Source of the DNA: Malassezia furfur
Lineage: Eukaryota
Assembly (NCBI GenBank): GCA_052055015.1
Contig: JBQJIT010000018.1
Reading direction: 5' to 3' (one strand)
DNA length: 64,000 bases
Positions within the stretch are counted from its first letter, which is position 1, and every line of letters begins with the position of its first letter. This document shows, one piece after another, positions 49,824 through 61,341 of this stretch. A program made the position numbers and the translations under genes. The notes beneath the pieces were generated by a model. It ran no database searches, was not told the origin of the DNA, and saw nothing but the letters and a program-made list of their open reading frames with translations.

Positions 49824-52800
49824 CTACGACGGCGCCGCGCGCGCAAGGCGCCGGGCGCGGCGCGCCTCGTAGGCGTCGCGCACCGCAGCGCGGATCACCT
49901 CGATGCTGCGGCTGCCCTCTTCCACGTTGGCCATCGCCGTGCGGAGGAGGGCGCGGACCTGGTCGGCGGTCCAGACGAGATTATAAGATGTGCTGTAGTG
50001 CGCCGTACTCGGGTCGAACCCGGGCTGCACCGCGTTGGGAAACAGGGGGCAGTACACCAGCCGTACGTCGGGGACGCGGCCCGCGGGCTTGCCGCGGCGC
50101 AGGCGCCACCCATCGAAGCGCTGCGCAAGGCGCGCCTCGTACTCGTTGCGGATGCGCTCCGCCTCGTCCTGCAACGCCTCGGGGGTGTGCTCGGTGCCCT
50201 GCTCCTTGCGCTGCTGCGCCTGCGCCGCATTCGCCTCGCCCGCACGCTTCGCAGCCTCGTTGGCGGCTTGGGTCTCAGGTTGGATTTCGACGTGCAGGCC
50301 ACACTCGCTCGCAAACTCGTGCAGGCGCTCGACAGCCGCCCCGAGCTTCACGTCGGAGGACGAGTCGAAGGAGATCAGCACGTCGGCGTCGCGCTCGTCG
50401 CGTGCCAGCACGTGGTTCGGCAGGTTGTTCGACAGGCCGCTGTCCATGAGACGCAGGCGCTTGGAGTGCTCCCACGACCACTCGTGCCGCGGCGCAGGTC
50501 CCCCATCGGACGGCGCCGCTGCGCCCTCGGCGGAGGGCCCAGGGACGTCGTAGAGCGGCGCCATGAATGTCTCGGGGTCGTAGTTTGACATGGACGAGGT
50601 GATCGACGCATCGCTGCCCCGCCTTTGCCGCAGCGGGTTCTCGACCGAGATGTCGCCGAGTTTGGGGATCGTGGGCATTTGGATGTCGGGCAGCTTGGGC
50701 ATGTGCGGCAGTTGGACGTGGGGGAGCTTGGTGAGGAACGCGTTGAAGGGCGTAGCAGCGTCCGGTGCGGCTTCTGGCGTGGGAGCGTCCGGTGTGACGT
50801 CCGACGTCGCCTTGTCGGGCGTCGCATGGTCGGGCGCCGCCTTCTCCGGGCTGGCAGCCTCGGGCGCCGCCGCCGCCGCCGCCTCCGTTGGCGCGCCTTG
50901 GGGCGCCTCGTGCACACTCTCGCCCAGCTCCTTGAGCGGCGGCGCGAACAGCGCCGGCGCCGGCCGCTCGCCGTTGCCGGGCCGTGCGTTGAGCCCGTCG
51001 CTGGTGAGGGTACCGCCGAGGCGCGCGTCGCCGAGCGCCGGCCCCGATTGCATGGCAACCGCCTGTGCGGTCGGGTCGCTGTACGGCTGGTCGACGATGC
51101 TTGTCGGGCGCGTGCGTGGCTCGGCGGGCGGGTGCTGCCCCTCCGGCGGGCGCGCGGCGCTCGGCGCGGTGCTGGCAGCCGGCATCGAGATCGCGCGGTC
51201 GTCCATGCCGTGGCCATAGAACGGGTTGGGCTCGTCGGCGGCGCGGATCGGATTGCCCCAGCGCTTCTCCCAGCGCTTCATCTTGATAAACTCGTTCACC
51301 CAGCTGAGCAACGTCGACATGACCGTGCCCTCGGGAATCGATGCGAGCATCGTCGAGATGTAGGCGGTGAGCGGCCCCGCAGGTGCGCCGGTGCACTGCC
51401 CCACGATCATCGCGAGGTTCACCTCCGGCTCGCGCTTGAGCGACACGCCGTTCTTAAAGCGGCGGCCGTAGCTCCACGTCGGGATCCACGCGCCGACATT
51501 GCGCGAGCCCAGCTCCAGCGGGCTGATCTCGTACCAGTCGTACCCGCCGCCGACGAGCTGCCGCGCCTCGTACGCGTCCGCATGCGGCGCGGTGCCCTGG
51601 GCGACCGCGGCGGGGTGCGGCGCCGGCGGCTGCTCGTGCGACACGGGCGCCGTCTGGCCCTTCTGCGGGCGCGGGCGCCACACGCGGCGCACGCCTGTGA
51701 GGATCGGTAGCGGCGCAGCGGCCTCGTGGAGCTTGGCGCGCTCCCACACCTTGGACCACTGGAACGAGGTGCGGCGCATCCCCTCGCTCGGCATATACTC
51801 GCCGTGCTCCGTGCTCTCGTGCACGGGCGTCTCCGGGCGCTTGGCGTCCGGGCCATGGTACGAGCAGTCCGTGCCAAACAGCGCGAGGGGGCGCGGCAGA
51901 TACTGGTAGGAGAGCACGAGCGTCGCGTAAAAGTCCATCAGGCGGCACGCCACGCTGCGCCCGCGCGATTTGCGCAGCAGCGGGCCCAGCAGGTAGTAGA
52001 TGCCGTTCTGGCTGCGCGCGACGCGGTCCATCGCCTGCACGCTCATCGGGTGCGCCTCCTCGTGCGCCATGGCGAGCAGGTGCGCAATCAGCACGTCGGT
52101 CGAGCAAGAGGCGATCGTGTACAGCGCCGCAATCGTCCAGCAGCTCCCGCTCACGCCCGACGCCCACGTCGTGCACTGCCAGAGGCCCGTGTTCTCCGCC
52201 TCCTTGATGAAGCCCGCGTACGCATACATCGCGCGATAGCCGCCGCCCGAGCCGCCGATCGCGATGAGCGGCACGTCGTCGGGGTGCACGTACGTGCCCT
52301 CGGGCAGCCGCAGAAAGTGCGCGAGCGCATTGTTGCCCTCGGACGAGATGCGCCGCCGCCGCTGCGCTATGAACGCGACCTCGTCATCGTGCAGCTCCGG
52401 CGAACAGCGCACCTTGGCGTCCCACTCGAGCTCAGGATAGGTCGCCGTGTCCTGAGTGTCCTGGTCGACCTGCGCGGCGAGCTGCGACAGGTCCGACCAC
52501 CGCCACCGCCATCGCTGCAGCCGCGGCAGCGCCGTGAGCCGCGGCGGCGGCGGCAGATTGAGTGGTAGCTGGGGGGGTGGGAAGAGATAGGGGAAGCGCC
52601 GCTCCTGCCACCACGGCGTAGACGGCGCCTCCGCCTCGGCCGCCGTGGCTCCAGGTGCCGCATCGGATTCGGCTGCGCCATCGCCACGCCGCGTCGCGTT
52701 GGCGAGCAACTGCTGCATCCGGCCCCACGACGTCGCGCCGTGCCCGCCCTCGGTCGACTCATACCACACCCAGTGCCCACCCGGTCGCAGCCGCGACGAG

Positions 52801-52898
52801 ATGGGGCGCGCCGCAAACAGCGTCACGAGCGTACAGATCAAGTAGCACTTGATGTACAAGTACGCCGGTGACGATCGGATCCGGTGCAGCCAGGCCAT
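49824..52898 (-). CDS. Cytosolic phospholipase A2 / lysophospholipase (PLA2c domain)
   Basis: GGSGGGYRA oxyanion motif, GVSGSCW nucleophile, LMDSGLSNNLP catalytic Asp and RDADVLISFDSS. Confidence 0.88.
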   Translation of the reverse strand: MAWLHRIRSSPAYLYIKCYLICTLVTLFAARPISSRLRPGGHWVWYESTEGGHGATSWGRMQQLLANATRRGDGAAESDAAPGATAAEAEAPSTPWWQERRFPYLFPPPQLPLNLPPPPRLTALPRLQRWRWRWSDLSQLAAQVDQDTQDTATYPELEWDAKVRCSPELHDDEVAFIAQRRRRISSEGNNALAHFLRLPEGTYVHPDDVPLIAIGGSGGGYRAMYAYAGFIKEAENTGLWQCTTWASGVSGSCWTIAALYTIASCSTDVLIAHLLAMAHEEAHPMSVQAMDRVARSQNGIYYLLGPLLRKSRGRSVACRLMDFYATLVLSYQYLPRPLALFGTDCSYHGPDAKRPETPVHESTEHGEYMPSEGMRRTSFQWSKVWERAKLHEAAAPLPILTGVRRVWRPRPQKGQTAPVSHEQPPAPHPAAVAQGTAPHADAYEARQLVGGGYDWYEISPLELGSRNVGAWIPTWSYGRRFKNGVSLKREPEVNLAMIVGQCTGAPAGPLTAYISTMLASIPEGTVMSTLLSWVNEFIKMKRWEKRWGNPIRAADEPNPFYGHGMDDRAISMPAASTAPSAARPPEGQHPPAEPRTRPTSIVDQPYSDPTAQAVAMQSGPALGDARLGGTLTSDGLNARPGNGERPAPALFAPPLKELGESVHEAPQGAPTEAAAAAAPEAASPEKAAPDHATPDKATSDVTPDAPTPEAAPDAATPFNAFLTKLPHVQLPHMPKLPDIQMPTIPKLGDISVENPLRQRRGSDASITSSMSNYDPETFMAPLYDVPGPSAEGAAAPSDGGPAPRHEWSWEHSKRLRLMDSGLSNNLPNHVLARDERDADVLISFDSSSDVKLGAAVERLHEFASECGLHVEIQPETQAANEAAKRAGEANAAQAQQRKEQGTEHTPEALQDEAERIRNEYEARLAQRFDGWRLRRGKPAGRVPDVRLVYCPLFPNAVQPGFDPSTAHYSTSYNLVWTADQVRALLRTAMANVEEGSRSIEVIRAAVRDAYEARRARRLARAAPS

Positions 52899-52961
52899 CG
52901 TGCGTCGGCGCGAAGGCCACGGCGCATTAGGCGCACGCCCACGTGCAGGCACAGTGGAGGC

Positions 52962-54551
52962 TTACCAACCGAGTGCGCCGGGGTGCCACGGCAGGTCCTC
53001 CTCCGTGTCCTCCACACGCGTCTGCGCGTCGATCTCGGCGAGCAACACGTGCAGCAGCGCACGCGTCGCCTCGTACAGCTGCGGCGACATGCCGGGCACG
53101 GGCGCGTAGGTCAGCACGCTCACCACGTCGCTCGTCGGGTACGGCGGGAGCGTTGACGCTCGCGTCGACCCCGCGTCCGTCTCGCGCGCCTCCTCCTCGT
53201 CCTTGGCCTCCTCCGCCGCATCGGACGCGTTGCGCGCGAGCGCCTTCTGTGTGCGCTCACGGATCGTCACAGCGTGCTCACCAAATTGCTTTTCGAGCGC
53301 CGCTTGTGTCTCGGGCACACCGCGTGTATAGGTAGTCAGAATGGTGTTTTGCGCGGCGCGCACATCACTAGTCGCCGCCTCGATGGCCTCGCCCATCTTG
53401 CTCTGCTGCTCCTGCATCGCTTTTTCGCGGGCAAACGACGTGCGAATCTCGTTGGTGATGTAGGTGCGGCAGAACTGGCACTGTGCATACGAAGCCTCCA
53501 TGTGCGCGTACATAGTCATCTCGTCCATCGCGCCGACCCGACGCCGGCCGGGCAACTTGGAGAGGTCCACCAGCTCAAACGTGGGCGCACGGTGCACCAT
53601 CTTTTGGCGTATGCGTGCCCGCGCGACACATGTGTGAAACTCACCAAGACTCGACTTGCAGCTCAGCAGGCGTGGCATGCTCTGGTCGGCAAACGCCAGC
53701 GCCGAGCCAGAAAAGAGCTTCTGGTGGTGCTTGTTGTTCTGCGGCACCCCCATTTTCATGCCGAGCTGCAGGATCGTGCGGATGAGCTTTAAGCAGTCCT
53801 CCACATGCTTGTCCGCGAACTTGAGCGCCTGGCGCGCACGCCGCTCACGGTCGATCTCGGTGGGAATCAGCCGGTGCAAGGCCGACTGCAACTCGACTTC
53901 CCATCGCAGCGTCTCGAGCACCGGGAATGCGCTCACGGTCTCGGGCGGGAAGATGCGCGCACCAAGCATCTGCAGTTGCGTACGTAGCGCATCGTAGCGC
54001 GCGCGCGCACTCACGAGGGCATCGCGTGTGCGCTCCAGCTCCGCCTGGCGCGCAACGTCGGCGTCCACCTTGGCTTGTGCCGCGTCGCGCGCCTGTATCG
54101 CGGCAGTCAACTCGGCCTTGAGGTCTAGCATGTTCCGCGAGCGGCGCTGCAGTGCAGGCACAAGGCGCACGAGCACCGCCTTGGCCGACTTGTCGTACGC
54201 GGCTTGCCGCTTTGCTCTGCGTCAGTGGAGGTGAACGCACGCTGCATCCTGGGCACGCTTCAGCACGACCGACGCAGTCTCGATCGAGCCCGAAATTTTC
54301 CATAGATCACGCTTGTTCGTCTCCTGTTGTGTGGGCACGTCGCCCAGGCTGACGAGCTCGGCTGCATCAGTGGCTGCACCTACCGTACAGACGGGTATAC
54401 TGTGTAAGTGTTGTAGACGCACCTCGTCTCCGCTCTCTTGGAACTGTGGGAAATACGACGGCGGTGACGCCCAGGCGGGCTCGCGCGCGAGCACCACGCT
54501 TGGGTCGTGTGGCGCGCCTCCATTCGCCGACTGCATTGTCTTGGCTGTCAT
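52962..54551 (-). CDS. Hypothetical coiled-coil protein; intron 54217-54240
   Basis: 404-aa ORF joined in frame to an upstream exon by a 24-nt GT..CTGAC..CAG intron; heptad-rich; no family recognised. Confidence 0.65.
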
Positions 54552-54600
54552 CCCGCTCGGACTGCGCGGGGAAGAGTGGAGGTGTCTTTGTACATCGGCC

Positions 54601-55753
54601 ATGGAGGGCGCCGAGGCAAATGACAACGCCGCGCGCCCGGCGGCCTCCGCCGAGGCGATCGATGGTGGCACGGGGTACAAGTACCAGCAGGAGATTGCAC
54701 AGATGGTATGCCCCGTACACTCACCTAGATGTTCGTCTCGACCGAAGTCGAGAATCCAGACCCACAAGTCACCCGGCTGATCGAAGATATCGTGCGCAAC
54801 CAGGTGATCGAGATGGTGCGTGTGCGCGCCACTGACGCAGATCATCCAATCGCGTTGGCTTGCGATGCGCCGCTCGTCTAAATACCTCATGCCAGAGGAC
54901 CTAATTTTCCTGATCCGGTACGATCGCGCCAAGGTCAATCGGCTGCGTACGTACCTGAGCTGGAAGGACGTGCGCAAGAACGCCAAGGACTCGGGCGGCG
55001 ACGGTGGCGCAGGGCCGGCCGCGGGAGGGGATGCTGGCGAGGGCATCGAGGACACCGCCGTCGACGGGCCCCTCCGCAACAACAAGCGCAAACTCAAGCT
55101 CCCCTGGGAGCTCTCTGCCCTCTTTTTTGAATACCCGCTCGTCGCAAACCCAAACCCAGGCATGGGCGAAGAGGCTGAAGACGAGGACGAAGATACCATC
55201 GAAACCAACGAGGACAGCCTGCGCCGCCTCAAGGCCGCCGACGAGACGACGCGGCGTATGACGCGCGAGGAGTACGTCTTCTACTCCGAGTGCCGGCAGG
55301 CTTCGTTCACTTTCCGCAAGGGTATGTGGTGCGACTCACTCAGCGAAACGCTTCCGCGAATTTATTAACTCGAGTCATTACCTGGACGTCAAGCCGAGCG
55401 ACGACACGATCGATATTCTGGGGTTCCTGGCCTTTGAGGTGGTCCACGAACTGTGCACGTCGGCGATGCGCATCAAGCGCGAATGGGAGGAACGGGCGCA
55501 GGGGGTGCAGGCACGTACACAGCGCACGTTTGAGCACACCGATGCAAAAGAAGACGGCGCCCCCGACGAACACGCCGAAGAGGCAGCATGCACCCTGTTC
55601 AGTCTCCCACCCAGCGCTGAGCCACCGCTCGAGGCCTGGCACATCCGCGAGGCGTTTGCGCAGCTTCAGCGCGACCGCCGCCTGCTTGAGACGGGACGCA
55701 GGACGGCAGGACCGACAGGCGGCTTGCGTCGTACACAGGTATTTGTCATCTAG
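54601..55753 (+). CDS. SPT3: SAGA subunit Spt3; introns 54706-54728, 54816-54840, 55322-55343
   Basis: YQQEIAQMMFV, EDLIFLIRYDRAKVNRLRTYLSWKDVRK, YSECRQASFTFRKAKRFREF and DILGFLAFE. Confidence 0.95.
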
Positions 55754-56798
55754 CTACAATGCATCGTAACGCTGCTGGGTGCTGGCCTTGGCATGCTCTT
55801 GGTACGACCGACGTTCGCTCGGCTCCACCAAGGCGCCGCTGCCCAGTCCGGCACGCTGGGCACCCACGCGGGGGGCAATGGGGGCTTGTTGGGGTATATG
55901 CTCGGCACCATCCGCCATCTTGGCCAGTAGTTGGTAGCCAACGTTGGAGGCATCGAGCGGTGCTGGCTCTGCCGAGACAAGCGGCTCCGTCCGCAGCTCC
56001 GAAGGCCCGACACGGGGTGCAGGGTGGGGCGCATCGGGGTGTAGACCCCGACGCGCAGAGGCACGGTCGCGGTACAGCGGCCGCTCATCCACCGACGCAG
56101 GGCCGGGCGCAACAGGCTTTAGATAGACCTTCTTGAGCTCCCGCAGGTGTTGCTTCGTCTCGTGGCGCGCCTTGCGCTTCTCACTTTGTGTCTTGCGCGC
56201 CTGGTGCGGGCCTTTCAGCGCTTTCGTCGGTGCATCCTGCGCATTCGTACGTGCCTGCGGTGCGAGCGAAATTTCGTTCGCGCCGTCGGGAGACAGTTGG
56301 CACGCGGAGCAGCTCGCCCATGCATTGCCGTGCATATGGACCTCGAATATGTTGCTCTGTACACCAAAACGGATCACATCAAGATGCTGCAGATCAAATG
56401 GACGGCTCGCGTGCTTCTCCGGAGAGAGCCGGAAAAACAGCTCCTCCGGAATTTGGTGAACTCGGCTGCGGGACATCGGCGCTGGGTTTGGCGAGTCGGG
56501 CCGGTAGACAAACGTCCCATGTGTAGAGCCAGTGTCCGTTAAAGACACATTTGGCGGCATATCAAACTGTTTCTTGCGGTATATGGCGAAGATGCGCGCA
56601 TGGTGCTTGCTAACCTCCATAGACGGCAGTCGGAGACGCGGGGTATACGAGCGATCGCGGCCCTAAGATGAGCGCTACACGTACCACAGAAACGCCCTCG
56701 TGACGTCCGTCTACCAGTGCTACCTGCTTGGCGGACGGTAGCACATCGGACGCGAGCTTCACGAGGCGCACGAGCGCGTCGTCCGAGGTATCGAGCAT
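55754..56798 (-). CDS. FHA-domain plus degenerate G-patch protein (AGGF1-like); intron 56663-56684
   Basis: Spliced VSVGRDR..SMEVSKHHA..DTGSTHGTF (FHA), YRDRASARR and NVGYQLLAKM..RAGLG. Confidence 0.8.
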
Positions 56799-56887
56799 AC
56801 CGCTGCAGCCGCCAGCGCACGCTCCACAAGCGAACAAGGGGCAGGATGGGCATATGTATAGACGAATGCAAGTTCGTTACAACACAA

Positions 56888-56996
56888 GACAAGGTGCCGG
56901 AGCGGTTAACGGGTACGCCTCGAATTCAGTTCGACACCGGTTGCGGTGGTTAGCGTATGGGCTCTGCCCGCACAGGTTCGAATCCTGTTCTTGTCG
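56888..56996 (+). tRNA. tRNA-Ser(CGA) with a 27-nt intron (56925-56951)
   Basis: Acceptor GACAAGG/TCTTGTC, anticodon stem TACGC/GCGTA around CT-CGA-A, long variable arm GGGC-TCT-GCCC, GGTTCGAATCC T-loop, G discriminator and downstream oligo-T. Confidence 0.95.
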
Positions 56997-57000
56997 CTTC

Positions 57001-57006
57001 TTTTTT
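57001..57006 (+). terminator. RNA polymerase III oligo-T terminator of tRNA-Ser
   Basis: T6 run four nucleotides after the tRNA 3' end. Confidence 0.75.
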
Positions 57007-57087
57007 GTTATTTTTTGCTTGAGTATATGAGATATGCAATTATTTTTAATTCTTCGCGGCATTGTACCTTACTTACCTTCTGACAAA

Positions 57088-59609
57088 ATGGCCCTGCGAG
57101 CAGTGCGCGGACTGCGGTCTGCTATGCCGACGCGCCGTCTGAGTGTGCCTGTTGTACAGGTGACGCGTGCGAGCTCGACGTTTGCGACGCGCCGCCCCGC
57201 CGTGCGAAGCGCGCGCGTGTGTGCCTGGATGGGTGCATCCCACACTCGCTTGCTCGCGACCGAGGCGGATAGTGCGACGGGCAATGTGACGCCTGTCGTG
57301 AGTGAGGCCGACATCGCGCGGCTGCTGCGCCAGCGCAATGTGGGTATCAGCGCACACATCGACAGCGGGAAGACCACGCTGACCGAGCGTGTGCTGTACT
57401 ACACGGGCCGCATCAAGGACATCCACGAAGTGCGTGGGCGCGACGAGGTCGGTGCCAAGATGGACAGCATGGACCTCGAGCGTGAAAAGGGTATTACCAT
57501 CCAGTCTGCAGCTACCTACTGTAACTGGAAGGCGACACCTCCGACCGAGACGAGCAACGTTACCGGCGACGCGGCGCTCGACACCGAGTCGACCAGCAAG
57601 AAAGAAGACTTCCACATCAACATCATTGACACGCCCGGCCACGTCGACTTCACCATCGAGGTCGAGCGTGCTCTGCGTGTCCTGGACGGTGCTGTGCTTG
57701 TGCTTTGTGCCGTCTCGGGTGTGCAGTCGCAGACCATCACGGTGGATCGCCAGATGCGCCGCTACAATGTGCCGCGCCTGAGTTTCATTAACAAGATGGA
57801 TCGCGCCGGTGCGAACCCGTGGCGTGTCGTGGAGCAAATCCGCACCAAGCTGCGCATGCCGGCCGCGGCACTTCAGGTGCCCATAGCGTCCGAGGAGAGC
57901 CTCGACGGTCTCGTGGACCTGGTGCGCTGGAAGGCCGTGTACAACGAGGGCACCAAGGGTAACGTCGTGCGCGAGACCGACGAGATCCCTGCTGAGGTGC
58001 TGGAGCTCGCCAAGGAGAAGCGTACTGAGTTGATCGAGCAGCTCGCAGATGTGGACGACGAGATGGCCGAGATCTTCATCGAGGAGCGCGAGCCTACTAT
58101 TGCCGAGCTGGCGGCCGCCATCCGCCGTGCGACGGTGGCGTGCCGTTTCTCGCCCGTGTTCATGGGGACGGCCATCAAGAACAAGGGTGTGCAGGCGCTG
58201 CTGGATGGTATGTGTGCCTACCTGCCGAACCCTATGGAGGCGCCTGCGATCGCCAACGACACGCGGCGTGCCAAGCAGATTGCGCAGCAGGCTACTGAGG
58301 AGGGCCAGGCCAACGACGAGATTGTGTCGTCCGCCCAGGCCGGCTCCGAGGTGCAGCTGGTGCCCGCCAGCGACGCGCCCCTGGTGGGTCTGGCGTTCAA
58401 GCTGGAAGAGAGCCGCTTCGGCCAGCTCACCTACATGCGTGTGTACCAGGGCCAGCTACGTCGGGGTGGTGTGATTTTCAACTCGCGTACCGGCAAGAAG
58501 GTCAAGGTGCCGCGTCTGGTCCGCATGCACTCGAACGACATGGAGGACGTCAATGAGATCGGGCCCGGCGAGATCTGCGCCATGTTCGGTGTGGAGTGCT
58601 CGTCCGGCGACACCTTCACGGACGGCAGCACGTCGCTGTCCATGTCGGCCATGTTTGTGCCCGACCCGGTCATTTCGCTGTCCCTTGCTCCCGAGGGCAA
58701 AGACGGCTCGCAGAACTTCTCGCGTGCGCTGAACCGCTTCCAGAAGGAGGACCCTACGTTCCGTGTCCACGTCGACAGTGAGTCGGGCGAGACGATCATC
58801 TCGGGCATGGGTGAGCTGCACCTGGAGATTTATGTGGAGCGCATGCGCCGTGAATACAATGTGCCGTGCAAGACGGGCAAGCCGCGTGTCGCCTTCCGTG
58901 AGACGATCGGCCAGCCTGCCAAGTTCAACTACACCCACAAGAAGCAGACGGGTGGTGCCGGTCAGTTTGGTCGTGTGATTGGCTACATCGAGCCGATGCG
59001 GATGGACGAGGAGACGGGCAAGGACACAGCGTTTGAGAACAGCGTTGTGGGTGGCAATATCCCCTCGGGCTACATCCCTGCCTGTGAAAAGGGCTTCTAC
59101 GATGCGCTCGAGAAGGGCTCGCTTGCGGGGTACCCCGTGTGCGGTGTCCGTTTCGTGCTGGAGGATGGTGCGGCGCACAGCGTCGACTCGTCCGAACTGG
59201 CATTCCGTATCGCCACGGTCGCGGCCTTCCGCGAGGCGTTCAACAATGCGCAGCCCATGATCCTCGAGCCCAAGATGACCGTCGAGGTGGTGGCCCCGGT
59301 GGAGTTCCAGGGTGCGGTCATTGGCGCGCTCAACCAGCGCAAGGGCACTATCGAGGACACCGAGGTCCGCGAGGACGAGTTCACGATCCGTGCCGAGGTC
59401 AGCTTGAACGACATGTTTGGCTATTCGAGCCAGCGTACGTATATTCTCGCTCACCACAGTCCGCGGCCTCACGCAGGGCAAGGGCGAGTTCTCTATGGAG
59501 TACAAGAAGCACGAGCCTGTCATGCCCAACATCCAGGCGGAGATGCAGAGTGGTGTGTACCTCCTTCCTTGCTGACGCAGCCTATCGCAAGAGCCAAGAA
59601 AAGAAGTAG
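57088..59609 (+). CDS. MEF1: Mitochondrial elongation factor G1; introns 59435-59459, 59553-59580
   Basis: [45 protein letters not shown] and [10 protein letters not shown]; Arg-rich presequence. Confidence 0.96.
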
Positions 59610-59832
59610 CCGGAATAGCACCACTTATGAAACGGACTCCATACGATGCTTGCGAAATGGCATGCATGCCGACGTGACATAAGCTTGCTTGTGTGTCTCG
59701 GCACTAGCACATGGCCATACTGCCCTGGAGCGGCCATCGTCTGTCTCGGCTAACCAAAAATACAATCTGTCAAATTGGGACTATTTGGCCCAAATCTTTC
59801 AGGTGGAGGAAGGGTGTGCACGGACCACATCC

Positions 59833-61268
59833 TCACGCTTGCAGCAGCAGGGACGGTACCGCCATATCGCTGCTCGATTCGTCGAAATAGGGGTCAAACT
59901 CGGCCTTGTTGAACTGTGCCGGAGCGGGCGATGCATGTGACGACCCCGCCGCACCTGCTATCGACCCGAGCACCGCAAAGCGCTCGGCCAAGGTAGGGTA
60001 GGACTGGAAATAGGCGTTGTATAGTGGGTCGGCAAAGAGCGGCGCATCGGCCGCCAGGTACAGCTTGAGCAGTGCATTCTCAAAGCACACTTTCAGGTCC
60101 GCACCTGTCGCGAAACTCGATGCCTCGTAGTCGACCCAGTCATTCACCAACTCATCCTCCACAACCATCTGTGCACACCGCACAGCGAAGCGACTGGGGG
60201 TCAGCAAGTCCATACGTACCGATCCTTTGCACACACGGAGCGTCGCGACAGAAAGTTGATCTGCAGCGTTGCGGCCACCAGCAGCGGCCGCAAGAGGAGC
60301 GCCGCCAGCGCACTGCCAACAACGAGCGGCGGCGTATCGATCACGGCCGGCATGCCCTGCCCCGCTGCGCCAAATCCAAATGCACGCAGGAACAGAGGGT
60401 TGCGGTTGACCAGCTGCACAAAAAGCACCGTAAAGACGAGATTAAATGCGAAGACGGTGCGCTGGGCGAACATCGACACCTTGGTGCTGCACTCGTACGT
60501 GCGGAGCGCCTCGGCCTCCTCCCTGGTCAGCTGGAGGAGCTCCTCGGGGTGCATATAGCCCTTTTCGTCACTGTCGGCGGGCGATGCGGCAGTCGACGCC
60601 TCGATCGGCGCGATGCATTGCGTTGAAGGCATTGAAGGCATGAGCGGCACGTTGATAAAGAAGACCACCATCGGGATCACGCATGCGGCAGCCGTATCGG
60701 CCACTGCGACTGCACCTGACTGCAGTGGCCATGCGCCGAGCTGCGTCGTGCTAGCGACATGCACTGCGCCCAGCACGAAGATCGCCGCTACTGTCGCGCG
60801 ATCGAGGAAGAAGGCGGCAAGCGACGGCCGCCTCGCGAGGCCGACGCGCCAACACTCTTCGATGTACATGGGTGTGCGCGTCACCGAGCGTAGGAGCTGG
60901 AGCAGCGCGAGCCACACGAGGCTCTGCAGGAAGGCGGCATGTGGCTGATCCAGGCGGACCAGGCACCCTGCCCAGTTCCATGCGATTGGCAGGAGACCGA
61001 ACTGCACAGAGCACACGATGGTGTTGAGCACGATGTTGGCGCGCCCCATCTGGGCTGTAAAGGTGCGCTGGAAGCGCTGGGCGCTGAACCGGAACTCGTC
61101 TGGGGTAACGCTGGACGTGAGTACGACAGGAACGGCCTTGGACCGGCTCAAACGCCGCTGCCGTACAAGCAGGACGACCTTCATGATCCAGTCCAGTCCT
61201 GCTATCAGCACGACCAAGGTGGCCCACGACGCGGCATCGCGCCCCTGCATCGCCTCGCTCCACGGCAT
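59833..61268 (-). CDS. Divergent STE24-like membrane protein lacking catalytic residues; intron 60194-60219
   Basis: Collinear with neighbouring STE24 (RQ.R, AW.WA, P, AFGF, RR...DR, ALLKL, D.LY.AY..S.PTL.ER) but has no HExxH. Confidence 0.75.
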
Positions 61269-61341
61269 GATAGCTCCGAGAGGGCCTTTGGGCCCCGCTG
61301 GGTGCTCTTACATAATAATAGGCTACCGTACTGCCTACTGC

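Noticed and set aside
56877..57062. Small ORFs over the AT-rich segment before MEF1
   Set aside because: Explained by the tRNA-Ser gene, its terminator and the MEF1 upstream region.
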